A DNA stretch of 64,000 bases from Paragordius varius (lineage: Eukaryota; Animalia; Nematomorpha), in contig OZ176051.1 of assembly GCA_964247055.1 (NCBI GenBank), positions 12,772,001 to 12,836,000 on the forward strand, in the 5' to 3' direction. The number at the start of each line of letters is the position of its first letter. The first letter of the stretch is position 1. Positions 48,754 through 61,811 of this stretch are shown here, piece by piece. The notes beneath the pieces are model-generated. The model ran no database searches. It was given only the letters and a program-made list of their open reading frames with translations, and had not been told where the DNA came from. The position numbers and the translations under genes were made by a program.

Positions 48754-51700
48754 ACGCAAAATATTATCAACAAAGATTTCACATTTTCCCGCATCCCAGA
48801 AAAATTTACAAGAATATTAGCAGAATTGTCGTTATTTTTAAATTCTACAAACTTATTAATATAATGTTCAAGATTTATTTTTATTAAAACAAACAAATAA
48901 CTCTATATATCTAGAAACTTCCCAATATAGCGCCATTAAATTTAAGCCTTATAAAAATAAAAATTTTCGATATGCACCAAAGTGTTAAATTTTTTAAAAC
49001 ATTCAATATACATAATATGTTTTCGATTCAATTCGATGAATAAAATAAATCTATCAACTCGTCCTAAAACAGATATTAAAAGCCAAATGGCGCTAAAAAT
49101 ATATAATCAAGATTTTGGCGTAATAATGTCCCTAAATCGATATCGAGATAAATCTTTTTTTGCATTGAATTGTATGGAAATAGTATTTATATAATTTTTG
49201 AATGTTTTTTTAAAAATTATACTCAGTTTCTGCTTTGATGCAAATTTTTGAAAAATTTTCTTTTATACATGATTAAATTTTGAAGGCGATATATTAGGTA
49301 ATTTCTATATATAAACTAATAATATTGTTTATATGGTTAAAGTCTTTAACCGCATATTAATAAGCATGATTCAAATAACAAAACGTTTATTTAGCTAATA
49401 TTTTTGCACATCTTTCTAGGAAAAAAGTTAAATTGTTGATAATTTTGTGCGTTTCAAAATATTTTTATGCTATATAACAAATAAAATTGACACGTTTTCT
49501 ATTTTATTTATTTTTATTTGAGCTAATACAAAAAACCTTATATATTCTGATAGCATAATATCTCTAAATTATGTGGTCCCTTTGCATTGGCCCTTACGAT
49601 ATTTAAGAAAGACAAATTCCAAAATTTGAGCACATTTTTTGTAATAGTATCTTCGAAAGCTAAATGGTTTATTTGAAAATATCACCAAAACCTGTGAAAA
49701 ACAAAACATATTTCAAAATTTTTATTTTTATATATAGGTTCCGAAAGTCCCAATGGTTTTCTTTAAATGGGCTAGCTCTCTTACAATAACCCCAAAAATT
49801 CCAAGATTGCGCGATAGAATTTTTTAATATTTTTTAAAATATAACGAAATATTTTAAAAAGTCTTTTAACAAAAATTGATTATTAACAAAATTTTGTTAA
49901 AGCATAATTTTCTATTTTAGGACATGATGGAAACGGCATAGAACGCTTTTAGATACTAAAAAACTTTTTCTTATAACGCTATTTCTATGACCTCATAATT
50001 TTAATCGTTTGTTTACTAAATTTTGCTGAATTTTTAAAAATATTCCAATCAATTTTTAACATAAAGAATGAACATTTTAATCAAAATTTTGAAATGATAG
50101 AATTCGGTAGCATTAATGAAAAAGTGTTTTTAGAATACGTTAAAGCGTTATTATACTGTTCAACTAGAATGAGCGCTTTAACAAAATTTTACAAAAAAAT
50201 ATATTTAATTATGCTTTTTTTAAAAAAAAATTAGTCGATAGTAAGCTTTAGCATATATTTTAAATTTGTTACAGAATCCTGGCATTTTGTGGTTTATGAT
50301 AAGACATTTAGCCGATTTAAAAAGAGGGGAAATTTGAATTCCGGACCCATCTAAAATTATAACTTTTGAAAAATGTTGTGCTTATATAAGTAGGTTATTA
50401 AAATAGTAGTGATGTTTTTGGAATGAATTCCAAAAAATGTATTTATAAAAATGTGCCAAAATTTTGCCATTTTCATATGAACCACTTACACAAAAGTGGG
50501 AATAACCTTGTTAAATCAGTAAAAGCCACAACCTCCATGATAATCCTCATTTCTATAAGAAAATATGTATTTCATCAGGTTATTTGTTGTGGATACTGTG
50601 TAAATATGGTTACTGGTCAATTTAATATAATTTTTATAAAACTAATGAAAGAAACTGATCCAAGTTAAATTTACAATTTCTATTCAAGATTTTTATAATC
50701 CCATATTTTAATGAAATTTAAGTTAAAAAACTCCATATTACATATTTAAATTGGTTGTATTTGTATTTTTGTATGTATGTACTAATTGTAGTTATAATAA
50801 TATTTTTATATCTATATTTTATATAATGCAAATAACATGTGCATTTTTACACGTTGTGTTATGCAAATTCCATCATGGATGATTCTTAATTTTATAATAT
50901 TATGGCTAATGCCAACATATGGCTAAACTATTTTCAGGTTTATCCATAAAATAAGTAACATCAAGTTTTCTAAACAGATCTTATGTTTATTTTCCGGTTC
51001 ATCGATGTAAAGGCAAACGTTTGTTGTTTGAATTTAATCCATATATAATATAGATTATATTCAGGGCTTACAACTTACCCCAATCTTAACGAGGGACTGG
51101 AATGAGTATGTTGTATATTAGTGTTCAAATTCCCAGATATTAAAGTAAACAAATTATTATTTACAGTAAAATTGGAATTACTCACAAAACGTAAAAATAA
51201 GACAAAGAATTTTTTCTAAAAGAGAACCACCTTTTAAAACCTAATTTTTCTCACATAAGCTTAGTTACAATTGTTCAAAATAGAGTTAATTGTGTTAGAT
51301 ATATACTATATTTTACACTTAGCATTTAAAACAATATTATGGTGTCTTTTAGAAAAAATTTTGTCTTTATATTTTTACGTTATGTCGTTTTTTACTGTAA
51401 TTTGTTTTCTATTTAAGCTACGATTTTAAATAAGTCCGAAACACTATTATATGAACGGTGGATGAAGATAAATCAAATTTCTTGGTAAATTTTTATTTGA
51501 ATGCTCTAGAATTTATATTCCATAATATACATTTGTTTCCTATTGCGTTCACGATTTTAAAAAATAGAAAAAACAACTATTATTTTGAGATAGTGAAGCA
51601 GGTTTATAATTTTCAATTGATATTTTTTATAATAAATAATGCATAGCCTCGGTTTTTTGAACTATATTATGAAAAAAATTTTAAAATGAAAAACAATATA

Positions 51701-53053
51701 TATCAACTGTTTTTTATAGGGTCACTAATGTCTCGAATTTTTACTCATTCAAAAGGTTTTTTAAATAAGCGTAAAAATGCCGTATCACAGTAAAAGAAAT
51801 ACCTAATAAAATATATTCACAGTATCCATAAAAAATATCTTGTGAAATATATATATTTTGATAGAAAATGTATTAGTATCATGGTGCTTTTGAAGTTCCT
51901 TCAAATAACAAAAAATTATTTCGTGTGGTAGCGTTTCATATCAAAAAATGGCACAATATTAGCACATTTTGCTAAATTCTATAGAAGTCAAAAATGTTTA
52001 TTCAAAAAATTCCCAAATTTAAAATAATGAATGCATCCAAAAGCTCGAATTTGTAAACGCGTGTAGAATGGGCAAGTTTTCTAATAAGATTCCTTGTATG
52101 ATCTAAAGCTTAATTGCTCACCTCAGTAATTGTATAAATGTTTACTGTAGAGTTGAGTCCATTTTTTACAACATATATTATATTTTACTTAAAAGTCGAT
52201 TTTTAAAAATGATTCTGAAGTACACATGTCAGCATTGATACAATAGTAATTATATTAAAGAGCGTTTAAATACAGTTTCCACTCTGCTTTAAAAACCATT
52301 TATGATAAAATATGGTTAAATCTAAACTATAAAAGTTTAAGGACTAACTTGAAGTGTTAAAGAACTAACTCGAAGTGAAGGACACTTAAGTACATGAAAC
52401 ATTCACAAAACCTGCCATAATAATTTATAATTCTCTTTAAAAGAAATGGAATTTTTAATTCATGACCATTTGGTATATATCCCTGAGCAAAAATTTTCAA
52501 TGTTATTTAAATAGGCCAAATTTAAAAAAAATAGGCGCATAATACAAAAAAAATATTGTAAAAAAAAATTAATCCTCATCTCAAACTTTTCACCGCTCTT
52601 TATTTGGAATTTTTATTACGCTTAAAAATAATAATTGTTTTTTATGGTTTAATACGTTAATAAACATAAAAACATAGAAGCGTATAACGAGCGGCCGGCA
52701 AAGAGCCTTTTCAATATGCAGCCCGCAAACTGCAAAATTTTACAAAATTTAAATAAAATTAATTTTTTAAACAAATTTTTGAATAAGATAATCCGAATTT
52801 TGGCAATGAACTTGCAAAAATAGTTTTAATAATGTTTTTTACAGTTTTATTAAACTCTAAAAAAAATATTTATTAATATTTATATTTGCGAATTTGGCCC
52901 ATCAGATAATTTGGCAAATATGGCCCGCAAATTATTATGTTGGATACCCATGTTTAAGGCATTTATAACACATTCAATATAAAATTCGTTTTGATAATGG
53001 TAACCACACAAATTGTGTTATTACTAATAAATAAATAAATAGGATAGACATTA

Positions 53054-54244
53054 TTATAAATTATCCAATATATGGTTTGTGTCGTTTCTAAAACTTTTAA
53101 CTAATCCGCTCTTCAAATCAATCACGATAATTGGTTTCGTCATGCAACATTTTCCCTTATAAATGCGCCATTCTGACTTTGATAAATCAAATATACCAGT
53201 GGCTAAGGTGACTGACTTACCGACACAATTTGTATCATCGCATGTTCTATAAATGGGGTAATCCGTGTCAGTTGTATCACTCAATAATTCAAGTATATCA
53301 GTTGGAACGATAGGGCGTTTCAAAGATTGCACGTAACATTTTGTTCTGGTTTCTCGATGCTCAGAGCTGACAATGAATTCTGGTATTTCAAACACACCCG
53401 GGTAATGTTCATATTTATTAAAATGGGGATAAATGTGGTATCCTTTCCATTTTGTATCTTCACAATTGTCATTTATATGGTTGGCAATGTTAACATTCGG
53501 ATTCAGGGAAGCAGGTGCAACTTCAATATTATAATAGCTGCCTGAATCCAAAACATTCACACTAAAACCAACAGCTGATCCCATTGAAGTGTTATTCAAA
53601 ATACTTTTAACATGTGCCACACTTTGCGCGTTCCCAATCACATCTCGACACAGAAAAGCGCGTGGGATGGCATCAAGTTCGACACGGTTGCAGGAAAGTC
53701 CGTTCATTGTTATAATTAACGGATTTTTATCGTTCGCGCAATTAAATCCCATAGCGTTCCCAGGCAAATGTCCTGGGTAACAGTATGCAACAAATTTCTC
53801 AATATTCAAATTATTTTCCTTTGTTATATTAACATTTACGATATAAGCGGTATTTGCTATGGCATTGTGCATATCTTCATTATGTCCCAAAATATTGTGT
53901 TGGAAAGAAAAAATGTCTGTACAATCGTTAGCATGTTCCGGATTCAGACGAATGTAGTTGGTAATTTCAACCCTAAGACCAGCCAAAAATAGATAATAAA
54001 AGGGAATTTCAGTTGAATCCGAGTATCCTTGTAATTCTTGAATATAATTGGGATAAAATTTATTTGAAAAGTTTAAATAATTATTGTAAATTTGATAACC
54101 GATTGTTGTATTATAAAAAGGAATATATACGGAATGTAACCAATCATAGTTTTTATAAAATCTATTTATTTCTTCTTTAAATCTTTTACCAATATTATAT
54201 CCAACTTGGTAATAATTACCTCCGACTTTATAAAATTCAGTCAT
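53054..54244 (-). CDS. peptidase C45 / Ntn-hydrolase (IAT / Tan-like), 396 aa, intronless
   Basis: Uninterrupted 1191-nt ORF with N-terminal GxxYQVGYNIGKRF, putative autocleavage nucleophile D-C108-T, GHNED and YPGHLPGNAMGFN motifs typical of the AAT/C45 family. Confidence 0.85.
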   Translation of the reverse strand: MTEFYKVGGNYYQVGYNIGKRFKEEINRFYKNYDWLHSVYIPFYNTTIGYQIYNNYLNFSNKFYPNYIQELQGYSDSTEIPFYYLFLAGLRVEITNYIRLNPEHANDCTDIFSFQHNILGHNEDMHNAIANTAYIVNVNITKENNLNIEKFVAYCYPGHLPGNAMGFNCANDKNPLIITMNGLSCNRVELDAIPRAFLCRDVIGNAQSVAHVKSILNNTSMGSAVGFSVNVLDSGSYYNIEVAPASLNPNVNIANHINDNCEDTKWKGYHIYPHFNKYEHYPGVFEIPEFIVSSEHRETRTKCYVQSLKRPIVPTDILELLSDTTDTDYPIYRTCDDTNCVGKSVTLATGIFDLSKSEWRIYKGKCCMTKPIIVIDLKSGLVKSFRNDTNHILDNL

Positions 54245-54411
54245 AAAATATATTTAAATTTAAATATCAGATTATTTTGTGACTTCAATATAAACACATG
54301 CCTATAAAATAACATTGTGTAAATATCCTAATAAAATACTATTAATTTATGATAACATTTACGAAAGATATCCAAACATGTCATGTCATTTCATTTTTAT
54401 GGCATCATTAA

Positions 54412-55454
54412 CACTTCGATTCAATTTGGGGTATCTAAATACCCCAGACCAAATTAAATTTTAAAAAAATTGCTATCCTAATAAAAATTATATAAAGAAG
54501 CTAAAATATCGTGTTAATAATTCGTTTTGAAAAAAAAGTTTTATGTCAAACTACTTGGACGCCATTTTTGTTTTACAAAATTTTTGCAAATTAACACTTG
54601 ACTCATTTTGGTCCTTCGATTCGAATTGGGGTTGGATACCCCAGGCCTGTTTAAAAACAAATACTTTAAAAAGTATCGAAGAAGTCGAAGCCATGGCAAA
54701 ATTTTGCACTTATGTAACATTAATACCAAAATATATATAAAAAATCTTTCAAAATACTTGATGTTACTTATTTTAAGCTAAAACCGAAAGGTAAAATTTC
54801 CTTCAACGTGACATGTGTCAAATTGTAAAATTAAAAAATAATACACAATAAACCGGTTCTATTTCTATCAATGTAGGTATAATTTATATAAAAAAATAGC
54901 TTTAGTTTTACTCTTAAAATTAAATGAAGACGATATTTCGCAAACGCTTTGTAAAATAAAAATGGCGTCGAAGTAGTTTGAGAGAAAGTTTTTTAAAAAC
55001 GAAATTTTATCAAGATATTTTGGCATATTCATATAATTTTTATCATAGAAGCATAGATTTAAATTGGGACGGTTTCCTTCAGTAGTTTTTTAAACATATT
55101 AGTTTAAATTTAGTCTGGGGTATTTAGATACCCCAATTTGAATCGAAGTGTTAGAGCTAGTTTTTTTTTTAAATTACATCTTACATTGATAGAAATAGAA
55201 TAAACGGTTATTGTATAATTTTTTAATTTATTATTTCAAACATGTCAGGTTGACGAAATTTTTACCTTTCGGTGAAAATAGATAAGAATAAAATTTTTTA
55301 TATGTTTCGGTTAATTAATGTTATACAAGTTCAAAATTTTGCCATGGTTTTGATTCCTTCCATGCTTTTTAATACTTGATTTTAAACAGGCCTGGGGTAT
55401 TCAATTACCCCAATTTGTATCAAAGGACTAAAATGAATGTGTTGTATCCAAGTG
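54412..55454. mobile_element. nested pair of TTAA-type MITEs (inner copy 54595-55150 inserted in opposite orientation into the outer copy)
   Basis: Outer ends TTAA|CACTTCGATTC and GTATCCAAGTG|TTAA; the inner copy is flanked by TTAA/TTAG. Confidence 0.7.
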
Positions 55455-56911
55455 TTAAGGCTAGTTACAAATTTTGGTTTATTGTTTTATCTATATATCA
55501 ATAGATAAAAGACCTCCAAACATTTTCCTCAAATTTTCTCTTGGTAAAGATTAGATGTTAAGTTACTTGGCCATTAATAAAGCGAAATGTGATTTTTTAT
55601 TTAGGAGTGTCCATTATTTTAAATTAAATTTCACATATCCATATTTATTGTATTCTAATGCAGGATTCAAATTTTGACTAAGTAGAGTCTTCCTTTATCC
55701 TTTAATTTGTTTGTTGCAGTATCAACTATAACCTTTTAAACTTAAATCCATAGCGGGATTTTTAACTTAAAACTAAAACACATATATTATATCGTTTATT
55801 TTTATGTCAACCGAATTCCTGTAATATTGCGATCAAATAAAATTGATTAATCATAGTTACCGAAAAAATTGAGAATCAGGGGATATATAAATTTAAAAAC
55901 TTTTGCATTTTAATACACTAAAAATATCGTACACATCTGTTACTGTAAAATATATATATTAAACCAATTATTAATTGTCGTTTTCATAAATATAAACTAT
56001 ATATTTCCTGTTTATCCTGGAAACTTCAATAACTTAAGTAACCTTCGTAATCATGCTATACCCATTGACTAATATAAAATATATGATTATAGATTAAGAT
56101 ATTAAAAATCGGAATAATATTATTTTAATTCGCATAAACTTTAAGGCTACCCTATAAAGTAAATGGTCTCTAATATACCCATCAGAAACATTTTTTATAA
56201 AAAATCAACAAAATTTAACTTTTATTTTAATTAATATTTAGTTCAAATGGTCATTATAGATATATATATATATATATATATAAATCACTGATATAAAAAC
56301 TTTTGACATTTTGGGGTAATACCTCAGAGCCATTTCATACTAAAAACATTATATATGATATTGGACCTAAGCATTTCATGAGCTTGTAAAGCTTATTATA
56401 CTAAAAATATATTCATCTTAAACATTGGGAATCGAAAATCAACACTCAAAAAGTGTATTATGGTTATTATTAAATTAGATGGTGTTTTCCGACAAAAAAA
56501 TTATTAATAATGAAAATTTAATGCTTTTGATTATAAATGCCAATTATTTTTATAAAACATTAACTGAATCTTTCAAAGTGATAGCGCTCTCTAATTTCTA
56601 TGAGACTGGGCCATGTAAATCAGCTTATTTTCAGCTCAATCACCTAGATTATGAATTATTAGGAAACATATGTTTAAGGAGGGTGAATGAGTTTTGACGG
56701 ATCGTGTTGCCAGTTGTAAAATATGATGAAAAACAATTCTGCACGCGATTTATATATGGGTCTTATTAAAAAGTTTTGTTAAATAGTTTGTAGACCGTGC
56801 ATCTTTATAAATACCGTAATAAATCTAGCCATGGCGACAAGCTTAAGGCTTGGAAGGCTTTTTTTTATATAAATGACCGATTTGAAATAAATAGCAACCA
56901 AGTTCGATATA

Positions 56912-56915
<4 letters not shown>

Positions 56916-56948
<33 letters not shown>
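56916..56948. repeat. (TA)n microsatellite; others at ~856-880, 4752-4777, 8962-8985, 10317-10338, 56259-56282
   Basis: Direct reading of the sequence. Confidence 0.95.
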
Positions 56949-56954
<6 letters not shown>

Positions 56955-57845
56955 TATATTTATATAACAATATATTCATTAATTATGTAAAAATAAAATA
57001 TTAATAAAATAATCTATTATGTTTCGTTTCTCCGATCTATTTCTGCCTGACTATAAATTATAGGAGTTGTCTGTTCTTTAGAGTTAAACACATTTAATCC
57101 TACCTAACGCTTCCATGACCATATACATAGATAAAAATTAAATTATTTAAACTAATAAAATTTTCACATCCAAAAATCTTTCTAGTTAAGATATCGGCTT
57201 TTGCAGTAACATTAATCCTGAAAAAAACAGGCTCAATCACATTGGCCTTAAACTGCATATCATAGACCAAAAATTTTATTAACTATTATAGTTCTAAATT
57301 TTGCTAAAAATTAAAAGTTTAAACGAAACGTTAAAGTCCGAAAAATGTAAATCATCTTCAACGCTACTGTAGAGGTCTTCTTAAACCACCACATTTTACC
57401 CTAAAACTTAAAATCATTTCATTATTGAGATCACTCTCGAACGATTCAAATTCACTCTGTAAATTATATGTTTTTTTTATGAATAAATTATCTTATTTAA
57501 TAAATAAAATTATATAATACTGTAATAAACTAAGATTTGTTTTATAATTATGAGTTATATTAGCCCAAAAAGACATAATTTATTTTTAGAGGTGATTTGA
57601 ATTGTCCTAAATATAAATGGATTGTTCAAGGTTAAATTTGTATTGTAAATGTTTATATATTATTTATATAAAATCTCTATAATATAATTAGAACATTGCA
57701 AATGATGAAATTATGATTCATTTAGAAATTAATCAAAAGTGTTCTTTGGTTTGAAGAGTGTGAATTTATTAAATGATTTTATTCACAAAATATTGTTAAT
57801 CATTATATATTCTTATTAGTATGTTCTAGCAGAGTTTATTATATA

Positions 57846-59078
57846 CAATGTGTGCAAAAAAAATTTACGAAATAATTTTTTTTTATGAGATAGCTTATGA
57901 CCAGCGTATTCATTTGCCGCAAAAATTTTTATTTGTTGACAACCTAGCTTTTGTATTGAGAGAAAATTGAAATCGGGAAAAAAGTGAAAATTAAGGATAA
58001 TTAAGGATATTTGATAAAATAATGATATAATTTAAAATATTATGGTTTTTTATTATTTTAGGAGATATTTTCAATATATGATTAGCCTAAAATCACATAG
58101 TTAGAGTTTCTATAAAATTTCAGGTCAAAAGATGGCATTTTTCGTTTATCACACCTAAAAGACAAAATAAATTTAAAACTATATTAAAATAATTTTTTCA
58201 ATTATTTACTACTTACTATTAAAATTTTAACATTTATATTTTATTCAGTTACATAAACTTTTACATCAAAATAAAACCAAAAATATTGTTTTTCATTTTT
58301 GCATTTTTTTGTCATCTGGTTTATGAGTGTATATAAAATTTATGTTTTATTTTGGATTTTCACATGATTAGGAATTATTAAGTATATAATTTATGCAGAA
58401 TAGGATTTAAAAGTAGTGGAATATCATCCAAAAATCCCTATTATTTCCTGTGACAAGTCTGTTTTATGACAAATCAATATTTGTATTGGGATTTGTACAA
58501 TGGTTAATATTCCTCTAATTTTCAATCCTATTTGCATAAATTATATACTTAATGATTCCTAAACATGTCAATCCAAAATAAAACTGAATAAATTTTTATA
58601 CACTCATAAACCAGATGACAAAAAAAATGCAAAAATAAAAACAATATTTTGGGTTTTATTTTGATCTATAAGTTTATTTTGAATGTTAATTTAATAATGA
58701 ATTTAGTTATTAAATAATTAAAAAAAAATATTTTAATATAGTTTCATTAAATTTATTTGTTTTTGTGTGTGACAAAATAAAAACCCCTTTTGACCTGAAA
58801 TTTTATAGAATCCCAAACTATATGATTTTAGGCTACTTATATATTGAAAATAATTACCAAAATGATAGTAAACCATAATATTTCAAATTTTATCATTATT
58901 TTTTGGATTATCCTTAACTTAATTTTCACTTTTTAGCCGATTTCGATTTTCTCTTAATATTTCAAAAACTAGGTTGTCAACAAATAAAAATTTTTGCGAC
59001 AAATGAATACAATGGTCATTAACTATGTCATGTAAAAAAATTTTTTGTTGAATCAAAATGACCTTTTTGCACACAGTG
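57846..59078. mobile_element. foldback-like palindromic MITE (1233 bp), TA TSD
   Basis: TA|CAATGTGTGCAAAAA ... TTTTTGCACACAGTG|TA. Inverted arms extend to a short central spacer at ~58430-58510. Confidence 0.8.
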
Positions 59079-61115
59079 TATAGTGACGTAAAGGTTAAAT
59101 ACGAAGCAATTATCTAAATGATCTTAAGAGTAAAAAGAGAAGCTATTTAAAAGTAAGTAGTTATAGTTTAGTCACAGGCGTGCTTAAAGACAAAAGTTAT
59201 GTGATAAATAATTTTTCATGTGTTGAGCTAAGTATATAAACGTCAATTATCCTTTCAAAAAAACACTCAAAAATATATCCATAATCAAAACTTCCTAAGA
59301 TTATGTGGTTTTCAGATATCCTTATTAATATTTTAAAACAAAAAAAAGTAAATAGTAAATATTATGTATTTAGGGTTGTATGATGAAAATTAAAGTAAAT
59401 GGAGTAAATTTATAATTATGAGGACCTTAAACTATTGGATTTGGATCATCATTTTAGGAAAATCAAATATTTATCAATTGATAATTATTATAAATTGGTT
59501 ATTTGGCTTACTAAATTAATGGAAATTTTATGATAGTTTTTGCTCATTTTAAAATCCACGCAACTAAAATAGGGAGGATTCGACCCCTCATTATAGGTTA
59601 AGGAGGATCATCAAAATTAAAATCAGGTTTGGATTTTTAAAGCAGTTTTACATTCTAATCCTGTTAATTGTAATTTTCGAATGTTTAAAAAAGCGCTTCA
59701 CAAATTTTTAAGTGAAAAACATTTTTATAGTAACAACATACTATGGAGATAACATTTCTAGTCTTTCATCGCAATCAGAAGCCAATGTGCTTACTATAGA
59801 GCAATAGTTGTCTTTATGTAAATACTCTAAAACTATTCAGTAATAATAAACTCGAAAGGGCTTGTAAAATTTCCTTGATATGTTGTTAATTTAAGGATGG
59901 TTCAGGCTTCATCTTTTCACAAAATTAATCAATATGGGTTGTGTTGTGGTTCCAACTAAGTTGTGTTATTTGTATCAGGATTTTACGAAATACTAATTGG
60001 TAAAAACTTATGTTATTTAACCTGAAAAAAATTATATTTATTCAATAAAATAATAATATATAGGGTTAATGTTATGGAATTTCGTAAATTTCAATGATAC
60101 AGGCAAATTTAGATGTAGTATTTATACCATATTTAGGTCTTAATTTTAATAAAATGAAAAATGGATAGTGTTTAACCGAATTAAATATGTAAACTTAAAC
60201 AGTAGTTTTCAGGCTAAATATTTATATCGTTTACACGCAATAAAATTCTATTTGGAAATTAAGCTCAGGAATTCATATGTTTTCGAATAACTTTTTGTTT
60301 AATCATATTATCTCAGTTCCAAAAAATGCTCATACACATTCAACCAATTCATCTAAAAAATATTAGGATTATAAAAATATATAGGCTTTATAAGCCCAGT
60401 TTATTAGAAATTAATGTGGCTTAAAATGTAAAAGGAATTTTTCGTTTATAGTGTCAACCAGGTATGTCCCACACGATTTGTTCAGTGCAAAAAAGTGCTC
60501 TAAAAATCAAAAAATAAAAAAGTGTGGAAATTAAACAAAATTTAAATTGGGCTCTTAATAGATTAAAAAACCAAAAAATAATGCAGCCCGATATTTGTGT
60601 GGAAACCTCTGGTGACTAGACTCTTAATTGCTAAAGAAAAAAGTAAAAGTAAAAGAAAAAGTTATTTTTGAAAAAAATTGTTTGCTAGAAGAACCATTTA
60701 TTTATTGATTGTTAAAATAATCTATTTATCAAAATATATCTCTACCTAGTCACTATGAGTTATCAAATCTCTCCATTTAATACAGGAAAATGGCGTACTC
60801 GTTAAATATAAAACATTTGGAGAAATCCAAAAATTTATATATTTACACAGAAGGTGCATAATTTTAATCTTGCATTTATTCACTATAATATTCTTTTTTA
60901 TAAAAAATTTAATTTTCAGAAGTTTACAAAAAAAGAAAAATTATTGGAAATCCGATTCGTCTTATATTTTTGCAGATGGGGCCTATATTACTCAGCGTTA
61001 TATTAACATGATATTCCATTTATTGCCTATATATGGACTTAGAAGTTATTGAAAAATTATAATTACAAAATTTTGTTTTATACAATATTACTTTTAAATA
61101 TTTAGTTTTATACAT

Positions 61116-61811
61116 ATGAATCAAATTTTAACAATATTTGCAATTTGTTTGAGCAGTTTTGGCTTATATTATACTAAACTTGCAGACAGTGCTTTTAAGT
61201 GTGAAATCAAACTGGATGGCAACAATGTTACCAAGAATCCAATTATTTTGGGTAAAATTCAAAATTTTTCTTTTTTTATCATTGTAAAATTAAATTTACT
61301 TGTAAAACCAATGAAAATTAAGCCATCCTGTTGGATGTGTTGGTTAAATATAGAGAAATTAAAATTTTATTTGTAAATTGTTTTCTAAATTTTGCTGTAT
61401 AAAACATATATTTTAAACTTTAGAAAAGAATGCAAAACTATCCATTATTGGATTTACATGCCGTGCCGATCTAAAAGTTATTAGAGAGAATTTGCATTCA
61501 AACATAAGTAATATAATTAACCATAATCATATATACATATATATATTTATAATATATATGATATTACACTGTATTTCCAACTAGTTATCCGAAAACCCAA
61601 GGGTGCCGGTAAAAATAATTCCATTTCCCTTTCCCTTTCCATACATAACACGGATAGGGTTAATTGCAATAGCCCTGATATGAAATGCATGAAAGTCATC
61701 CCAGTAAACGGTGGCAAGCCCCAAGAATGTGGCTATCCAACCCAACCCCCTACTCTACCAAAACCCGAAGACGAATATGATGAGTACGATTATGAATACG
61801 ATGATGAGTAA
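61116..61811 (+). CDS. secreted Cys-containing protein with acidic Tyr-rich tail, copy 3 (148 aa, intact); exons 61116-61251, 61424-61507, 61585-61811
   Basis: MNQILTIFAICLSSFGLYYTKLADSAFKCEIKLDGNNVTKNPIIL|EKNAKLSIIGFTCRADLKVIRENLHSNI|IIRKPK..NCNSPDMKCMKVIPVNGGKPQECGYPTQPPTLPKPEDEYDEYDYEYDDE*. GT-AG junctions are in phase. Confidence 0.8.

Noticed and set aside
50420-51060. Short ORFs and a signal-like MQIPSWMILNFIILWLMPTYG
   Set aside because: No consistent splice model or recognisable motif on either strand.
60870-61052. ORF upstream of each secreted-protein gene (also 30330-30536, 36143-36325)
   Set aside because: The open frame differs between copies; more likely conserved promoter or 5' UTR sequence.
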